Shown one piece after another: positions 18,422 to 30,811 of a stretch of DNA of 64,000 nt (positions within the stretch are counted from its first letter, which is position 1; every line of letters starts with the position of its first letter). Source of the DNA: an uncultured Gemmatimonadota bacterium (GTDB lineage Bacteria > JAAXHH01); contig OX638340.1 of assembly GCA_951812955.1 (NCBI GenBank), positions 2,560,001-2,624,000 on the forward strand, in the 5' to 3' direction. Below the pieces are notes generated by a model. It saw nothing but the letters and a program-made list of their open reading frames with translations. It ran no database searches and was not told the DNA's origin. Position numbers and translations under genes: made by a program.

Positions 18422-18931
18422 GTGTTAGATATCTTGCACGATCTTGGCATTGACCTGAGCACCCTGATCATCCAGATGATCGGGTTCGCCATCCTGTTCT
18501 TCGTCCTGAAGAAGTACGTTTTCGGCATGATCGCCCAGGCCATCGAGGACAGGAAACGGGATATCCGCGACCGCATGGCCGGACTGGACGCGGACCGGGC
18601 GGAACTGGACCGTCTCCACGATGAAGCCAGGCGGCGGCTCGAGGAAATAGAGGCCGAGGCCCGTGAGAAGGTGCAGGCCGCGGTCGACCAGGCCAACGCG
18701 GAGCGCGGCCGGATCCTCGAGCTGACCCAGCAGGACACGGAACGCGAACTGGAGAAGGCGCGCAACACCATCCGGCGCGAGAAGGAACACGCGGTGGCCG
18801 AACTGCGCGCGCAGGTGGGCGACCTGGCGGTGGAGATCGCGGGCAAAGTCCTGAACAGCACACTGGACGCGGCGGAACATCGTAAGGTCGTGGACGAATT
18901 CATCGCACAGATACCCTCTGCGAAGGAATAG
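18422..18931 (+). CDS. atpF: F0F1 ATP synthase subunit b
   Basis: 169 aa, GTG start after GAAGGAG. Single N-terminal TM (LIIQMIGFAILFFVLKKYVF) followed by a long charged helix. Confidence 0.85.
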   Translation: MLDILHDLGIDLSTLIIQMIGFAILFFVLKKYVFGMIAQAIEDRKRDIRDRMAGLDADRAELDRLHDEARRRLEEIEAEAREKVQAAVDQANAERGRILELTQQDTERELEKARNTIRREKEHAVAELRAQVGDLAVEIAGKVLNSTLDAAEHRKVVDEFIAQIPSAKE

Positions 18932-18940
18932 CGGGGAACC

Positions 18941-19480
18941 ATGGCCAGTATGAAAGACATCGCACACAGGTATGCCGGGGCGTGGCTGGAAGCCGCGGCG
19001 GAAAGGGAATTGCTGGAACCGGTCCGCGGCGAAATCGCGGCGTTCGAGCAGCTGTGCCGGGATTCCGAACCCTTTGTGGAATTCATCACGGACAAGGTCA
19101 TACCGGCTGACGTAAAGCAGCGCATTCTGGGCGAATTGTTCGAAGGCAAAGTCCAGGACATCACCCTCAATTTCCTATACCTGCTGGCTACCAGGCGGCG
19201 GGCACGCCTCATGCCGGAGATCCTGGAATCGTGTCGGGAGATCCTGGATGAGTGGGACGGAATCGTAAACGCGGACGTCTCGAGCGCGGTATCGCTTTCA
19301 GAGACGCAGGAGAGCGGCCTGAGGTCGAGCCTTGAAGCGCTTACGGGCAAGCGGATACGGATGAAGACTGGCGTGAACCCGGAACTGATCGGCGGTTTCG
19401 TGGTCCGCGTGGGCGACCAGGTCTTTGACAGCAGCCTGGCCACCCAGCTCCAGCGGGTTCGCCAGTCGCTTGCTTCATAA
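18941..19480 (+). CDS. atpH: F0F1 ATP synthase subunit delta
   Basis: 179 aa, OSCP-like. C-terminal NPELIGGFVVRVGDQVFDSSLATQL. Confidence 0.85.
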   Translation: MASMKDIAHRYAGAWLEAAAERELLEPVRGEIAAFEQLCRDSEPFVEFITDKVIPADVKQRILGELFEGKVQDITLNFLYLLATRRRARLMPEILESCREILDEWDGIVNADVSSAVSLSETQESGLRSSLEALTGKRIRMKTGVNPELIGGFVVRVGDQVFDSSLATQLQRVRQSLAS

Positions 19481-19489
19481 TGAGCATCG

Positions 19490-21034
19490 ATGGAGAAGAC
19501 AATGGCGTTTGATGAAATAGCAATTCGTGCGGACGAGGTCTCCGAACTCCTGAAGCAGCAGGTCCTGGACTTCAAGAGAGAGGTCGACATCTACGAAACG
19601 GGTACCGTGCTCCAGGTGGGCGACGGGATCGCCCGGGTGCAGGGCCTTTCCAACGTGATGGCGAACGAGCTCGTCGAGTTTCCCAATGACGTGGTGGGCA
19701 TGGTGCTCAACCTGGAAGAAGACAACGTCGGATGCATTCTCTTCGGGGACGACCAGTTGATCAAGGAAGGCGATCAGGTCAAACGGACGCAGCGGATCGT
19801 CGAGTGCGCCGTGGGCGACGGCATGCTGGGCCGCGTGGTGGACTCCCTGGGCCGGCCTATCGACGGCAAGGGGTCCGTCATCGGAACGGAGTCGCGCCCG
19901 ATTGAGACGAAGGCGCCCGGCGTGGTGCAGCGACAGCCCGTAAATGAACCCATGTATACCGGTCTCAAGGTGATCGACAGCATGTTCCCCATCGGAAGGG
20001 GACAGCGCGAGCTGATCATCGGCGACCGGCAGACCGGTAAGACGGCCGTGGCCCTGGACGCGATCATCAACCAGAAGGGCCAGGACGTGGCCTGCATCTA
20101 CGTGGCCATCGGACAGAAGGGTTCGACGATCGCCAAGACGGTCGCGATTTTGGAAGAACACGGCGCCATGGAATACACCACGGTGGTCGTGGCCGCGGCC
20201 AGCGCGCCGGCGCCCATGCAGTTCCTGGCCCCTTACGGCGGGGCGACTATGGGTGAATTCTACCGCGACAATGGCAAGCACGCCCTGGTCATCTACGACG
20301 ACCTGACCAAGCACGCGGTGGCCTACCGTCAGTTGTCGCTGAACCTGCGGCGTCCGCCCGGCCGCGAGGCCTACCCCGGGGACGTGTTCTACCTGCATTC
20401 CCGGCTCCTGGAACGTGCAGCCAAGATGAGCGACGAATACGGCGCCGGCTCGCTGACCGCGCTGCCTGTCATCGAAACCCAGTTCGGCGACGTGTCTACG
20501 TACATCCCGACCAACGTGATATCCATCACCGACGGCCAGATCTACCTGGAGTCCAACCTGTTCTTCGCGGGACAGCGGCCGGCCGTCAACGTGGGCCTGT
20601 CGGTATCCCGCGTGGGTGGCGCCGCGCAGATCAAGGCGATGAAGTCGCGCCAGGTGGCCGGTCTGCTCAGAACGTCGCTCGCCCGCTACCGGGAGCTGGA
20701 AGCCTTTGCCCGGTTCGGCACTTCGGGCCTGGACCAGACCACGCAGCGGGAACTTCACTTGGGCGAAAGGCTGGTCGAACTGATCAAGCAGCCGCAGTAC
20801 CGGCCCATGGCGGTCGAAGAGCAGATCATTTCGCTGTATGTGGGCGTCAACGGCATGTTGAACGACCTGTCCGTGGACCAGGTGCAGCCCTTCGTGGCGG
20901 CCTTTCTCCAACACATGGAGACACATCATTCGGACGTGGGCCGTGAAATCAGGGAAACCGAACAGTTGTCCGAGGATGCGGAACAGCATATCCGGGACGC
21001 GGCCAAGGAATTCAGCAAGACGTTCAACGGTTAG
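19490..21034 (+). CDS. atpA: F0F1 ATP synthase subunit alpha
   Basis: 514 aa. Walker [12 protein letters not shown]; [22 protein letters not shown]; ITDGQIYLE. Confidence 0.97.
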   Translation: MEKTMAFDEIAIRADEVSELLKQQVLDFKREVDIYETGTVLQVGDGIARVQGLSNVMANELVEFPNDVVGMVLNLEEDNVGCILFGDDQLIKEGDQVKRTQRIVECAVGDGMLGRVVDSLGRPIDGKGSVIGTESRPIETKAPGVVQRQPVNEPMYTGLKVIDSMFPIGRGQRELIIGDRQTGKTAVALDAIINQKGQDVACIYVAIGQKGSTIAKTVAILEEHGAMEYTTVVVAAASAPAPMQFLAPYGGATMGEFYRDNGKHALVIYDDLTKHAVAYRQLSLNLRRPPGREAYPGDVFYLHSRLLERAAKMSDEYGAGSLTALPVIETQFGDVSTYIPTNVISITDGQIYLESNLFFAGQRPAVNVGLSVSRVGGAAQIKAMKSRQVAGLLRTSLARYRELEAFARFGTSGLDQTTQRELHLGERLVELIKQPQYRPMAVEEQIISLYVGVNGMLNDLSVDQVQPFVAAFLQHMETHHSDVGREIRETEQLSEDAEQHIRDAAKEFSKTFNG

Positions 21035-21044
21035 AAAGGGTACC

Positions 21045-23334
<2,290 letters not shown>

Positions 23335-23337
23335 ATC

Positions 23338-23739
23338 ATGGCGGGCGAATTTCCTTTAGTCATCGTTACGCCTTCCTGCATGGCCTATGAAGGCGAAGTG
23401 CGCAACGTGCTGGCGCCGGGCACCGATGGATACTTCGAGGTGCTGATCGGCCATGTGCCCATGCTCACCTCACTGCGGCCCGGAATCCTCTCCATCCGGA
23501 ACGAAGACGGCCGTACCAGGTACGCCGTGTCCGGCGGATTCGTCGAAGTGCTGCGGTCCCAGGTTACCATCCTGGCCGAAACCATCGAAGCGGAAGGCGA
23601 CATCGACGTGGAGCGTGCGCAACGGGCCGAGAAACGGGCGCGCCAGCGCCTGGAATCGGATGAAGACGGCGTCGACGTCGAACGGGCCATGTCCTCGCTG
23701 GACCGGGCGCTCAACCGCATCAAGGCGAGCCAGCAGTAG
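23338..23739 (+). CDS. atpC: F0F1 ATP synthase subunit epsilon
   Basis: 133 aa. LVIVTP...EGEV..V.APGTDGYFEVLIGHVPMLTSLRPG; C-terminal helical hairpin. Confidence 0.9.
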   Translation: MAGEFPLVIVTPSCMAYEGEVRNVLAPGTDGYFEVLIGHVPMLTSLRPGILSIRNEDGRTRYAVSGGFVEVLRSQVTILAETIEAEGDIDVERAQRAEKRARQRLESDEDGVDVERAMSSLDRALNRIKASQQ

Positions 23740-23857
23740 GACTCTCTGCGGCGAGTCCCTCTGCCGCGAGCTCCTATTCGGCGTGTCCCACTGTCGTGAG
23801 TCCCACTGCGGCGAGTCCCTCTACTGCGGGTTCCTCTGTCTCGAGTCCCTTCGCTGC
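23740..23857. repeat. degenerate ~15-nt tandem array (consensus GAGTCCCNCTGCGGC, about 8 units) directly after the atpC stop
   Basis: Units read at 23740, 23753, 23768, 23783, 23798, 23813, 23830 and 23843. Direct repeats only; no inverted symmetry noticed. Confidence 0.85.
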
Positions 23858-23874
23858 ACCAGGCTTAACTTCTC

Positions 23875-24870
23875 ATGAATCCCAAAGGCAGCGGTGTCGA
23901 ACTTGACCTGATTCCAGTCGCATGCGCAATGTGCGGAAGCGCGGAGACCGAACCGCGTCCTGTGTTCGAGGGATACGACTACGAGTACCGGTCCTGCGAA
24001 AACAGGTTCAGGTTCGTCGCGTGCTCGGATTGCGGACACGTGTATCTGTCGCCGAGGGTTCGGCTGGAGGACATCGATCGCATCTATCCGAGCAACTACA
24101 CGCTTCGCATCACGGAAACCGAGTACCCCACCTTTGCTCCGTTCAGGTGGCTGAAGCTTAACATACTCGACCGGGGATGGAACAGGAAAGTGATCTCGAA
24201 TCTCCGGCCCGGTGCCCGGGTGCTCGATATCGGCGCGGGATTCGGAGGGAATCTGACCTTCCTGGCAGAACTGGCGCCTTTTCCGCTCAAACTCTTCGCC
24301 AATGACTTGAAATTCGAGCCTGAAGCCCGGTCATACCTTTCCGATCGCGGCGTAACCCTAATCGAAGGCCCTGTCGAAGACGTCGCATGCGGAGAACGGT
24401 TCGATGCCATCATCTGCCAACAGGTTATCGAACACGTACCCGATCCCGGACGGATGATCCAATGGATTTCGGATCATCTCGCGCCGGGAGGCGTCGTATA
24501 TCTCGAAACGCCCGATCTGAGCGGGCTTTCCCGTTACTTCTTCAAGAACCACTGGCTTGCCTTAAGTATCCCTCGACACTTCCATATGTTCTCTCGAAAG
24601 GCGTTTGCGGCCTGCGTCGGTAAAGTCGACCTGGAGATCGAGTTCCACGGTGCCATCGTCGAAGCGAGTCATTGGCCTGCAAGCCTCCGGATCAAACTGG
24701 GCATGGATCCGCACGCACCCCGCTCGGCCGGTTTCATGTACAGCCTGATCAGCTACGAAAACTTTCTTATCAAGTCGATTAGCTGCATGATCGATCTGTC
24801 GGCCATCCTGCTGGGAATGTCCACGGTGAGCCAGGCGTTGATTGCGCGGAAACCGGACGCTTCAGCTTAA
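23875..24870 (+). CDS. class I SAM-dependent methyltransferase with N-terminal Cys4 zinc-ribbon-like motif
   Basis: 331 aa. CAMCGS...CSDCGHVY; SAM motif I VLDIGAGFGGN; motif post-I/II FDAIICQQVIEHVPDP; GGVVYLETP. Confidence 0.75.
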   Translation: MNPKGSGVELDLIPVACAMCGSAETEPRPVFEGYDYEYRSCENRFRFVACSDCGHVYLSPRVRLEDIDRIYPSNYTLRITETEYPTFAPFRWLKLNILDRGWNRKVISNLRPGARVLDIGAGFGGNLTFLAELAPFPLKLFANDLKFEPEARSYLSDRGVTLIEGPVEDVACGERFDAIICQQVIEHVPDPGRMIQWISDHLAPGGVVYLETPDLSGLSRYFFKNHWLALSIPRHFHMFSRKAFAACVGKVDLEIEFHGAIVEASHWPASLRIKLGMDPHAPRSAGFMYSLISYENFLIKSISCMIDLSAILLGMSTVSQALIARKPDASA

Positions 24871-24909
24871 TTTCTACTACGGCCGACGATCGCGAATGAC
24901 TGTATGAAT

Positions 24910-24932
24910 CGATAGGCCGGATTGGCCTATCG
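24910..24932. terminator. 9-bp perfect hairpin CGATAGGCC-GGATT-GGCCTATCG between convergent genes (weak terminator candidate, no U-tract)
   Basis: Read directly. Overlaps the TAG (24927-24929) of the minus-strand aldolase gene. No T/A run on either side, so the call is weak. Confidence 0.3.
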
Positions 24933-25712
24933 GTCCTTCCGCAGGAATCCAAGTTCTTGCACCGCCCGCCGAAACCCGTCCTTCAAGACCGGCTCATCGC
25001 CGCCAACGAGAAGCAGACGCACACCTTCTTCTATCTGGCGGCGAACGTTCTCCTCGTCATCTGGTGAGCCGAGCAGGGGGTGTCCCACGGGCTTTCCCGT
25101 TCGCTGGCCGGCTTCCCGCACGCGGCGGAGCGCGTCGAGGTACTTTGGATGGTCGAACCGGAATGGAACTCCGAGGGAAATACACAGGTCCACCGGACCC
25201 ACGATACAGCCATCCACCCCCTCCACGGCCATGATGTCGTCGATGCGCTCGACGGCTTCGGCCGACTCGATTATCGGGAGATAGACCACGACGTCATCGA
25301 TCCCGGCGGTGTATTCCTCTTCAAACAACCCGTATCCCGCGGCTCGGTGCGGTCCCCACCCCCGCGTGCCCCGCGGAGGATAGCGGCAGGCGTCCGCCCC
25401 CAGCTTCGCCTCTTCCGGGGTGTTCACGAAGGGGACGACAATTCCCACTGCGCCCATGTCGAGGTATAATTTGATCAGGTCGGGATCGGTACGGGTAATC
25501 CGAACTATCGGCGCGGCTGGCGTACAGCCCGCCGCCTGGATCTGGGCCTGCACGGTAACCGGCGTTTGCGGCGCGTGCTCCGTGTCGATCAGGATCCAGT
25601 CGAAACCGGCCAGTCCGGCCAGTTCCGCGATGGCGGGGGATCCGAATCGAAGCTGTATGCCGAAGGCGGGCTTGCCTTCGGCCATCAGGTTCTTGAGGTG
25701 GCTGTGAATCAT
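24927..25712 (-). CDS. HpcH/HpaI-family aldolase (2-keto-3-deoxy-acid aldolase type)
   Basis: 261 aa. GKPAFGIQLRFGSPAIAELAGLAGFDWILIDTEHAP; VVPFVNTPEEA; PIIESAEAVERIDDI. Confidence 0.8.
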   Translation of the reverse strand: MIHSHLKNLMAEGKPAFGIQLRFGSPAIAELAGLAGFDWILIDTEHAPQTPVTVQAQIQAAGCTPAAPIVRITRTDPDLIKLYLDMGAVGIVVPFVNTPEEAKLGADACRYPPRGTRGWGPHRAAGYGLFEEEYTAGIDDVVVYLPIIESAEAVERIDDIMAVEGVDGCIVGPVDLCISLGVPFRFDHPKYLDALRRVREAGQRTGKPVGHPLLGSPDDEENVRRQIEEGVRLLLVGGDEPVLKDGFRRAVQELGFLRKDR

Positions 25713-25725
25713 GGATCGTCTGCGG

Positions 25726-26520
25726 TCATGTCCTGGTCACGTCCTGGTAGAATCCCAGCTCGAAGAGGCGGTCGAGCCATCGCTGCCGTTTTGGCCTGCC
25801 ATCGGGATTGGCAAGCCAGTACGGATCGACCAGGGGATCGCCGGGTCGGTTGTACTTGGCTGTGGCCTTGCCGTTGTTCGCCCCCTGCTCGCGCGTGGTC
25901 TCGACTTCCTCCGGCGTCCTCGGATTGTTGTAGTACACGCAAGTGCACATGCGCCGGTCGCTGGATCCTCCGTAACTCGCATGCCACAACCGGAGGTCGA
26001 ATCCCACTACGTCGCCCGGTTCCGATACGCAGACATGTGACGGCACTTCCGCGACGGACAGGCCCAGACCGGGCATCACCTTTCTCAGTTCGCCATGGTA
26101 AGGATTTTGGTGCGAACCCGGGATGACGCGCAGCGCGCCGGTCTCCGGTCCCACGGGTTGGAGGTAGAAGGCGAACTTGATGCCGTACTGGTGGATACTG
26201 TGTGTATCCGGATGCCATCCCGTGTTGCCGACGTAACGGTTGGCGTCGGTCGCGATCCCCAGCGCATCTTCGCCGTAGAGCTGTTCGGCGACACCACATA
26301 ACCGGGGATCTTCCATGAGACTCGCGAAGAAGGGCGTGGATTTCCCCATCATCGTGACCCAGTGCCGGACCGAGCCGTCGAAAGGCAGGTGACGGTAAGC
26401 CATTTCCAGCCCGTGGTCGAACTCCCCGTTGATCTGGTCCAGTTCGTCCGGCGTGAAGACCTGGCGCAAGACGACAAAACCAAATGTCTTATAGTGTTGA
26501 TATTGTTGTTCGGTCAACAT
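25726..26520 (-). CDS. phytanoyl-CoA dioxygenase (PhyH) family Fe(II)/2-oxoglutarate oxygenase
   Basis: 264 aa. N-terminal LTEQQYQHYKTFGFVVLRQVFTPDELDQI; HxD motif in GWHPDTH; distal LRLWHASYG. Confidence 0.7.
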   Translation of the reverse strand: MLTEQQYQHYKTFGFVVLRQVFTPDELDQINGEFDHGLEMAYRHLPFDGSVRHWVTMMGKSTPFFASLMEDPRLCGVAEQLYGEDALGIATDANRYVGNTGWHPDTHSIHQYGIKFAFYLQPVGPETGALRVIPGSHQNPYHGELRKVMPGLGLSVAEVPSHVCVSEPGDVVGFDLRLWHASYGGSSDRRMCTCVYYNNPRTPEEVETTREQGANNGKATAKYNRPGDPLVDPYWLANPDGRPKRQRWLDRLFELGFYQDVTRT

Positions 26521-26554
26521 GCCGGGCTCCCCTCCATCTCCAGGTTGAAGCGTG

Positions 26555-27271
26555 TCATATGCGGCGCAGCAGGCGCTGCAGGCGCAGCCACCAGACGATC
26601 CATACCGCCTCGTTGATCACGCCCTGGGAGAGTTTCGATGTGCCTGATCGCCGGTCTACGAAGATAATGGGGATTTCACGCAGGCGATATCCCTTTCGCC
26701 AGCACCGGAAATTCATCTCGATCTGGAAGGCGTATCCGTCGGACCGGACTTCATCCAGCTCGATGTGTTCCAATACTTCGCGGCGGAAGCACTTGTATCC
26801 GCTGGTGGTGTCCCGGATCGTCATCCCCGTGACCAGTCGAGTGTAAATGTTGGCGAAGTAGCTGAGCAGTAACCGGGACATGGGCCAGTTTACCACGTTG
26901 ATGCCGCTGATGTACCGGGATCCGATCACCACGTCGCAGGACGCGATCTCTTCGATGAACCGCGGAACCATGGCGGGATCGTGGGAAAAGTCCGCGTCCA
27001 TCTCGAATACGCAGTCCACGTCCTGTTGGATAGCGTACCTGAAACCCGCAACGTAAGCCGATCCGAGTCCGAGTTTGCCGGGTCGATGCAGGACGCTGAT
27101 CCGTTCATTCTCCGCGGCAAGTTCATCGGCCAGTTTCCCCGTCCCGTCCGGCGAGTTGTCATCCACCACGAGCACGCGGATATCCGGACTCAATGCCATT
27201 AACTCGGGCAAAAGCCGGCGGATGTTCTCGAGCTCGTTGTAGGTGGGGACGATGATCAGGGTTTTCATCAT
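26555..27271 (-). CDS. GT2 polyprenol-phosphate glycosyltransferase (Dpm1/Ppm1/GtrB-like)
   Basis: 238 aa. LIIVPTYNELENI, VLVVDDNSPDGT, HRPGKLGLGSAYVAGF, EMDADFSHDP. Confidence 0.85.
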   Translation of the reverse strand: MMKTLIIVPTYNELENIRRLLPELMALSPDIRVLVVDDNSPDGTGKLADELAAENERISVLHRPGKLGLGSAYVAGFRYAIQQDVDCVFEMDADFSHDPAMVPRFIEEIASCDVVIGSRYISGINVVNWPMSRLLLSYFANIYTRLVTGMTIRDTTSGYKCFRREVLEHIELDEVRSDGYAFQIEMNFRCWRKGYRLREIPIIFVDRRSGTSKLSQGVINEAVWIVWWLRLQRLLRRI

Positions 27272-27286
27272 TTTACGGTTCCGGTG

Positions 27287-29746
27287 TCAGGCCCGGGCCT
27301 TCAGGCGTTTTCTGATGTGCATCGCACCCGCTGAAATCAACCCGGCGAGGATCAGTGCGCTGGCGATCCGGCTTATCAGGAGGCCCGTGGCGAAGGAAGC
27401 GGGGGCGAAAGTCATCACCACGTCATGACGGCCTTCGGGTACGGCCACGGAGCGAAGGACGTAGTTGGTCTTGTGTATTTCCGCCGGCTGGCCGTCAATC
27501 TCGGCGCTCCATCCTGCCGGATAATAGATCTCGCTGAGCACCAGCAAACAAGATGAGGCCGCATCCACTGCCATCTCGATACGGTGCGGTGAGTGCAGGG
27601 TGATCTCCACGGACGAGTCGCCCGCCGGACCGAGCCGTTCCTGGAGAGGTTCTTCCACGATTGCGTATTTGCCGGGATTGAACCCCGGGTCGCTCAGCGC
27701 TTCGAAGATGGCGTCCTTCCCGGCAATGACGCGCACACTGTCCACCAGGAAGGCCCGCGGCAGCGCGTCGTCGTTCCGATACAGGTATCCACCGTCGGTT
27801 TCGGCCACGGGTGCGAGCGCGGCTTCAGGGAGCGGCTGTCGAGACACCAGGTAACGGGTATTCAGCATGTTCAGAACCGGAAAGGAACTGAGTCCCACCT
27901 GGTCCATGAGTTCCTGGTAGATGCCCAACTTGGCGGCGTGGTAGCCGCCAATACTGGATATCCCGAAGTATCCGTATTCATTCGAAGAGAACTCGGAGAG
28001 CGGCAGGATGCGGTACAGGCTTGTGTCGTCTTCCAGGGCTTTCACAATTTCGTTGTCTCGGGCGGTGTAATAGGCTTCGATCCGCGCGGGATCATCTTGG
28101 GGGTTCACGATCCGCGAGGCCACGAGCGATAGATCGATGGAGACGAGTATGCATACGCCCGCGGCAAACAGTGACGGGCTCATCTTTCGGGTGGCGAAAA
28201 GCAGCGCCGCAGCCGCGCAGAGGAACAATGCCATGGTCCACAGATCGCCCATGAACAGGTCGAATCGCATGGCGTTGAGCCTGGCATGGTAGTCCACGTT
28301 GTCCAGGAGGGCCGCGCGCGAACCATGGGCCGCATCCGCCTGCGAATAGACGCCCGTCATGAAGGACTGGAAGGAGGACTCGAATACGGTCAGTACCAGG
28401 ACCAGCAGGAGGACTCCGCCGGCTACGCAGCACAGTTTTTTCGCGAAGCTCCCCAGGCTGTCCCGGCCGGCACGTATCCGTTCGATCACCGCGTGCACGC
28501 CGTATCCCGCCAGCAGGGCTGCCGCGAACTGCAGGATCACCAGGATCATGACCGGCGCGCGGAACTTGCCGAAGAAGGGGACGAAGTGGAGCATGACGTA
28601 GGACAGGGGAGGCAGGTGCCGTCCGAAGGAGACCAGAAGGGCCAGCACGGCCGCCAGGACGAGAAACAGGGTCATGCGCGAACTTCGCAGCAAGAAGCCC
28701 GCCAGGGCCAGGACAACGACGACGACGCCCAGGTAGTTCGGGAAATCCGTGAAGGGCATTTCTCCCCAGTAGAAGAGACCGCCGAACCCGGCGAAGGAAG
28801 GGATGATGAAGGTCAGTACTTCGATGGGAGGGAACGACCAGCTCGTGGCGAAGGGGACGTTGACGCCGCTACCGCCGACTGAGAGGCCCCGAGCGGAATA
28901 CTGCGCGTATTCCTGCATGGGAAAGACCAGCACCGCCGCGACGGCGACGGCCAGGACGATACCGCCCACAAAGAGACCGGATTTTCGCAGTATCTCGCGT
29001 GCAGGAGTCCTGTCCCTCCATTCATTGATTACGGCGTATGCGGCGTACAGGCCGATCAGCATGGCCGTGTAGAAGGCGATCTGGGGATGAAAGGAACACA
29101 ACTGCGAGCCGAACGCGCCTCCGAGCAATACCATGTCGAACACCCCGCCGCGATCAAATACGCGGTAGGCTGCCAGGAAGACGAGGGGGACATGCATGAA
29201 GCAGATGAACCGGTTCGCGTGTTCCGTGGCCATCATGTGGGTGGAAAACACGAAGGCCGCCGCCGCGACGAAAGACGCGGGCCTGGAGAGCGACAAGGTT
29301 CGCGCCAGAAGAAACATGGAAACCGCGCCGAGGAGCAGGTGGAAGAAGAAACGGCCGTGCAGCGCGCTGACGAGCCGGTCCGGCAGGACGGCATTGACCA
29401 GGGCTTCGTAGCTGTATTGTAGATGGTGGTACGTGCCGCTGGCCTGGAAGGGCATGCCGCCGAAGATGTGGGGGTACCAGAGGGGCGTTTCGCCGGATCC
29501 GCTTTTAAAGTCCTGCGCGAAGCGGTCGAAGGGAATGGCCTGGCCAATGAAATCGGGCCTGATGTCCATCTTCCCGTCGATGATATAGCCGCGGTACACG
29601 AATACGGCCAGCACCGCGATGATCAGGCAGAACAGGGCGTCCTGGACCAACGGATGCAGGCTTCGGTCCGCGCGCTCCCGACGGCTATCGTCCCGTCCGC
29701 GGATTCGGCGCTGTTCAGATCGTGGTGGGTTTCGCTGCTTCGCCAT
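27287..29746 (-). CDS. YfhO-family polytopic membrane protein (putative GT-C-type glycosyltransferase)
   Basis: 819 aa. About 13 TM segments in the first ~520 aa, then a soluble C-terminal domain and a final TM. N-terminal PLWYPHIFGGMPFQASG resembles the YfhO family. Called from architecture and this motif only. Confidence 0.7.
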   Translation of the reverse strand: MAKQRNPPRSEQRRIRGRDDSRRERADRSLHPLVQDALFCLIIAVLAVFVYRGYIIDGKMDIRPDFIGQAIPFDRFAQDFKSGSGETPLWYPHIFGGMPFQASGTYHHLQYSYEALVNAVLPDRLVSALHGRFFFHLLLGAVSMFLLARTLSLSRPASFVAAAAFVFSTHMMATEHANRFICFMHVPLVFLAAYRVFDRGGVFDMVLLGGAFGSQLCSFHPQIAFYTAMLIGLYAAYAVINEWRDRTPAREILRKSGLFVGGIVLAVAVAAVLVFPMQEYAQYSARGLSVGGSGVNVPFATSWSFPPIEVLTFIIPSFAGFGGLFYWGEMPFTDFPNYLGVVVVVLALAGFLLRSSRMTLFLVLAAVLALLVSFGRHLPPLSYVMLHFVPFFGKFRAPVMILVILQFAAALLAGYGVHAVIERIRAGRDSLGSFAKKLCCVAGGVLLLVLVLTVFESSFQSFMTGVYSQADAAHGSRAALLDNVDYHARLNAMRFDLFMGDLWTMALFLCAAAALLFATRKMSPSLFAAGVCILVSIDLSLVASRIVNPQDDPARIEAYYTARDNEIVKALEDDTSLYRILPLSEFSSNEYGYFGISSIGGYHAAKLGIYQELMDQVGLSSFPVLNMLNTRYLVSRQPLPEAALAPVAETDGGYLYRNDDALPRAFLVDSVRVIAGKDAIFEALSDPGFNPGKYAIVEEPLQERLGPAGDSSVEITLHSPHRIEMAVDAASSCLLVLSEIYYPAGWSAEIDGQPAEIHKTNYVLRSVAVPEGRHDVVMTFAPASFATGLLISRIASALILAGLISAGAMHIRKRLKARA

Positions 29747-29825
29747 GAATATCCTTTAGCGGACTGTTTCTGCGCTTCGCAATGAATACCCTATAACGGC
29801 CTGTTGCTGCGATATGAATGGCGGG
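29745..29825. repeat. degenerate tandem copies of the yfhO start region (ATGAAT-initiated units at 29745, 29782, 29814 on the plus strand)
   Basis: ATGAATATCCTTTAGCGGACTGTTTCTGCGCTTCGCA / ATGAATACCCTATAACGGCCTGTTGCTGCGAT / ATGAATGGCGGG. The first unit abuts the yfhO start codon (CAT at 29744-29746). Confidence 0.7.
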
Positions 29826-29878
29826 AACATCCGATTAAATCAATCGATTAAAGCAAACGGTAAATTCTGCTGGTTAAA

Positions 29879-30802
29879 TCAACGAGTATTCGAGGTGATC
29901 GGGGTAGCGAAGCCTTCCCAAATCCCTCGATGGAGCGCGCCCAGGTGGCCCCACCTGCGACGGATGACCAAGATAGCCGCCGACCGAAGATAACGATACA
30001 GAAAAAGGTAAGGCAGGAACGCGAACAGAAACTGCGGAAGCGGCACGTGTTTTCTCGCAAACAGAATCCTGCTGCGTATCATGTGACGCATATAGAATGG
30101 ACTGTTGAAACCGGCCGTCCGTGACCCCTTGTGGTGGACAACGGCCTTTGGCTCCAAAAGCAATCTATATCCGGCTTCCCGCACCTTCATTCCCCAGTCG
30201 AAGTCGTCGAAATAGCAAAAATAATCTTCGTCCATCAGTCCGACCTTCTCCAGGACAGCGCGCTTGACGAGGAGTGCAGTTCCCGTGATGTACGGCATCT
30301 CGGTCGAGGAATCGAACTGCCCCCTGTCCTCTTCCCCGTGACCCAGAAGAAACCCCTGCGCCAGCCACGGGATGGTGCGTGTACCTGCCGAGTCGAGCAC
30401 GCGTTCCTCTCCATACTTGTAGATCTTCGGTCCGGCCATGCCTATATCGCTGGAGCGTTCCGCCGCTCGAACAAGGTTGGCCAATACGTCTGGCTCCACG
30501 ACGGTGTCGTTGTTCAGCAGGAACACGTAATCGGCGTCTTTTGAAAGGGCATGGCGCATGCCCTGGTTGCTACCACGGACGAATCCCCTGTTTTCGGCGT
30601 TACGAATCAGCGTCAAAGGGAGGTTTTCACGCCCCCACCGCTCGATGGCATCAGGCGAGCCGTCTGTCGATCCATTGTCCACAACAATGACCGAAAAGGA
30701 CGGGTAGTCTATACGCGCCAGTGATTCGAGGCACTCCAGCGTATCCGCTTCCCGGTTCCAGTTGAGTATGACGATGGCGACGTGGGGAAGTGATAGACTC
30801 AT
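29879..30802 (-). CDS. GT2-family glycosyltransferase
   Basis: 307 aa. VAIVILNWNREADTLECLESL, VIVVDNGSTDGS, LLNNDTVV, MDEDYFCYFDDFDW. Confidence 0.8.
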   Translation of the reverse strand: MSLSLPHVAIVILNWNREADTLECLESLARIDYPSFSVIVVDNGSTDGSPDAIERWGRENLPLTLIRNAENRGFVRGSNQGMRHALSKDADYVFLLNNDTVVEPDVLANLVRAAERSSDIGMAGPKIYKYGEERVLDSAGTRTIPWLAQGFLLGHGEEDRGQFDSSTEMPYITGTALLVKRAVLEKVGLMDEDYFCYFDDFDWGMKVREAGYRLLLEPKAVVHHKGSRTAGFNSPFYMRHMIRSRILFARKHVPLPQFLFAFLPYLFLYRYLRSAAILVIRRRWGHLGALHRGIWEGFATPITSNTR

Positions 30803-30811
30803 AATCCAGGT

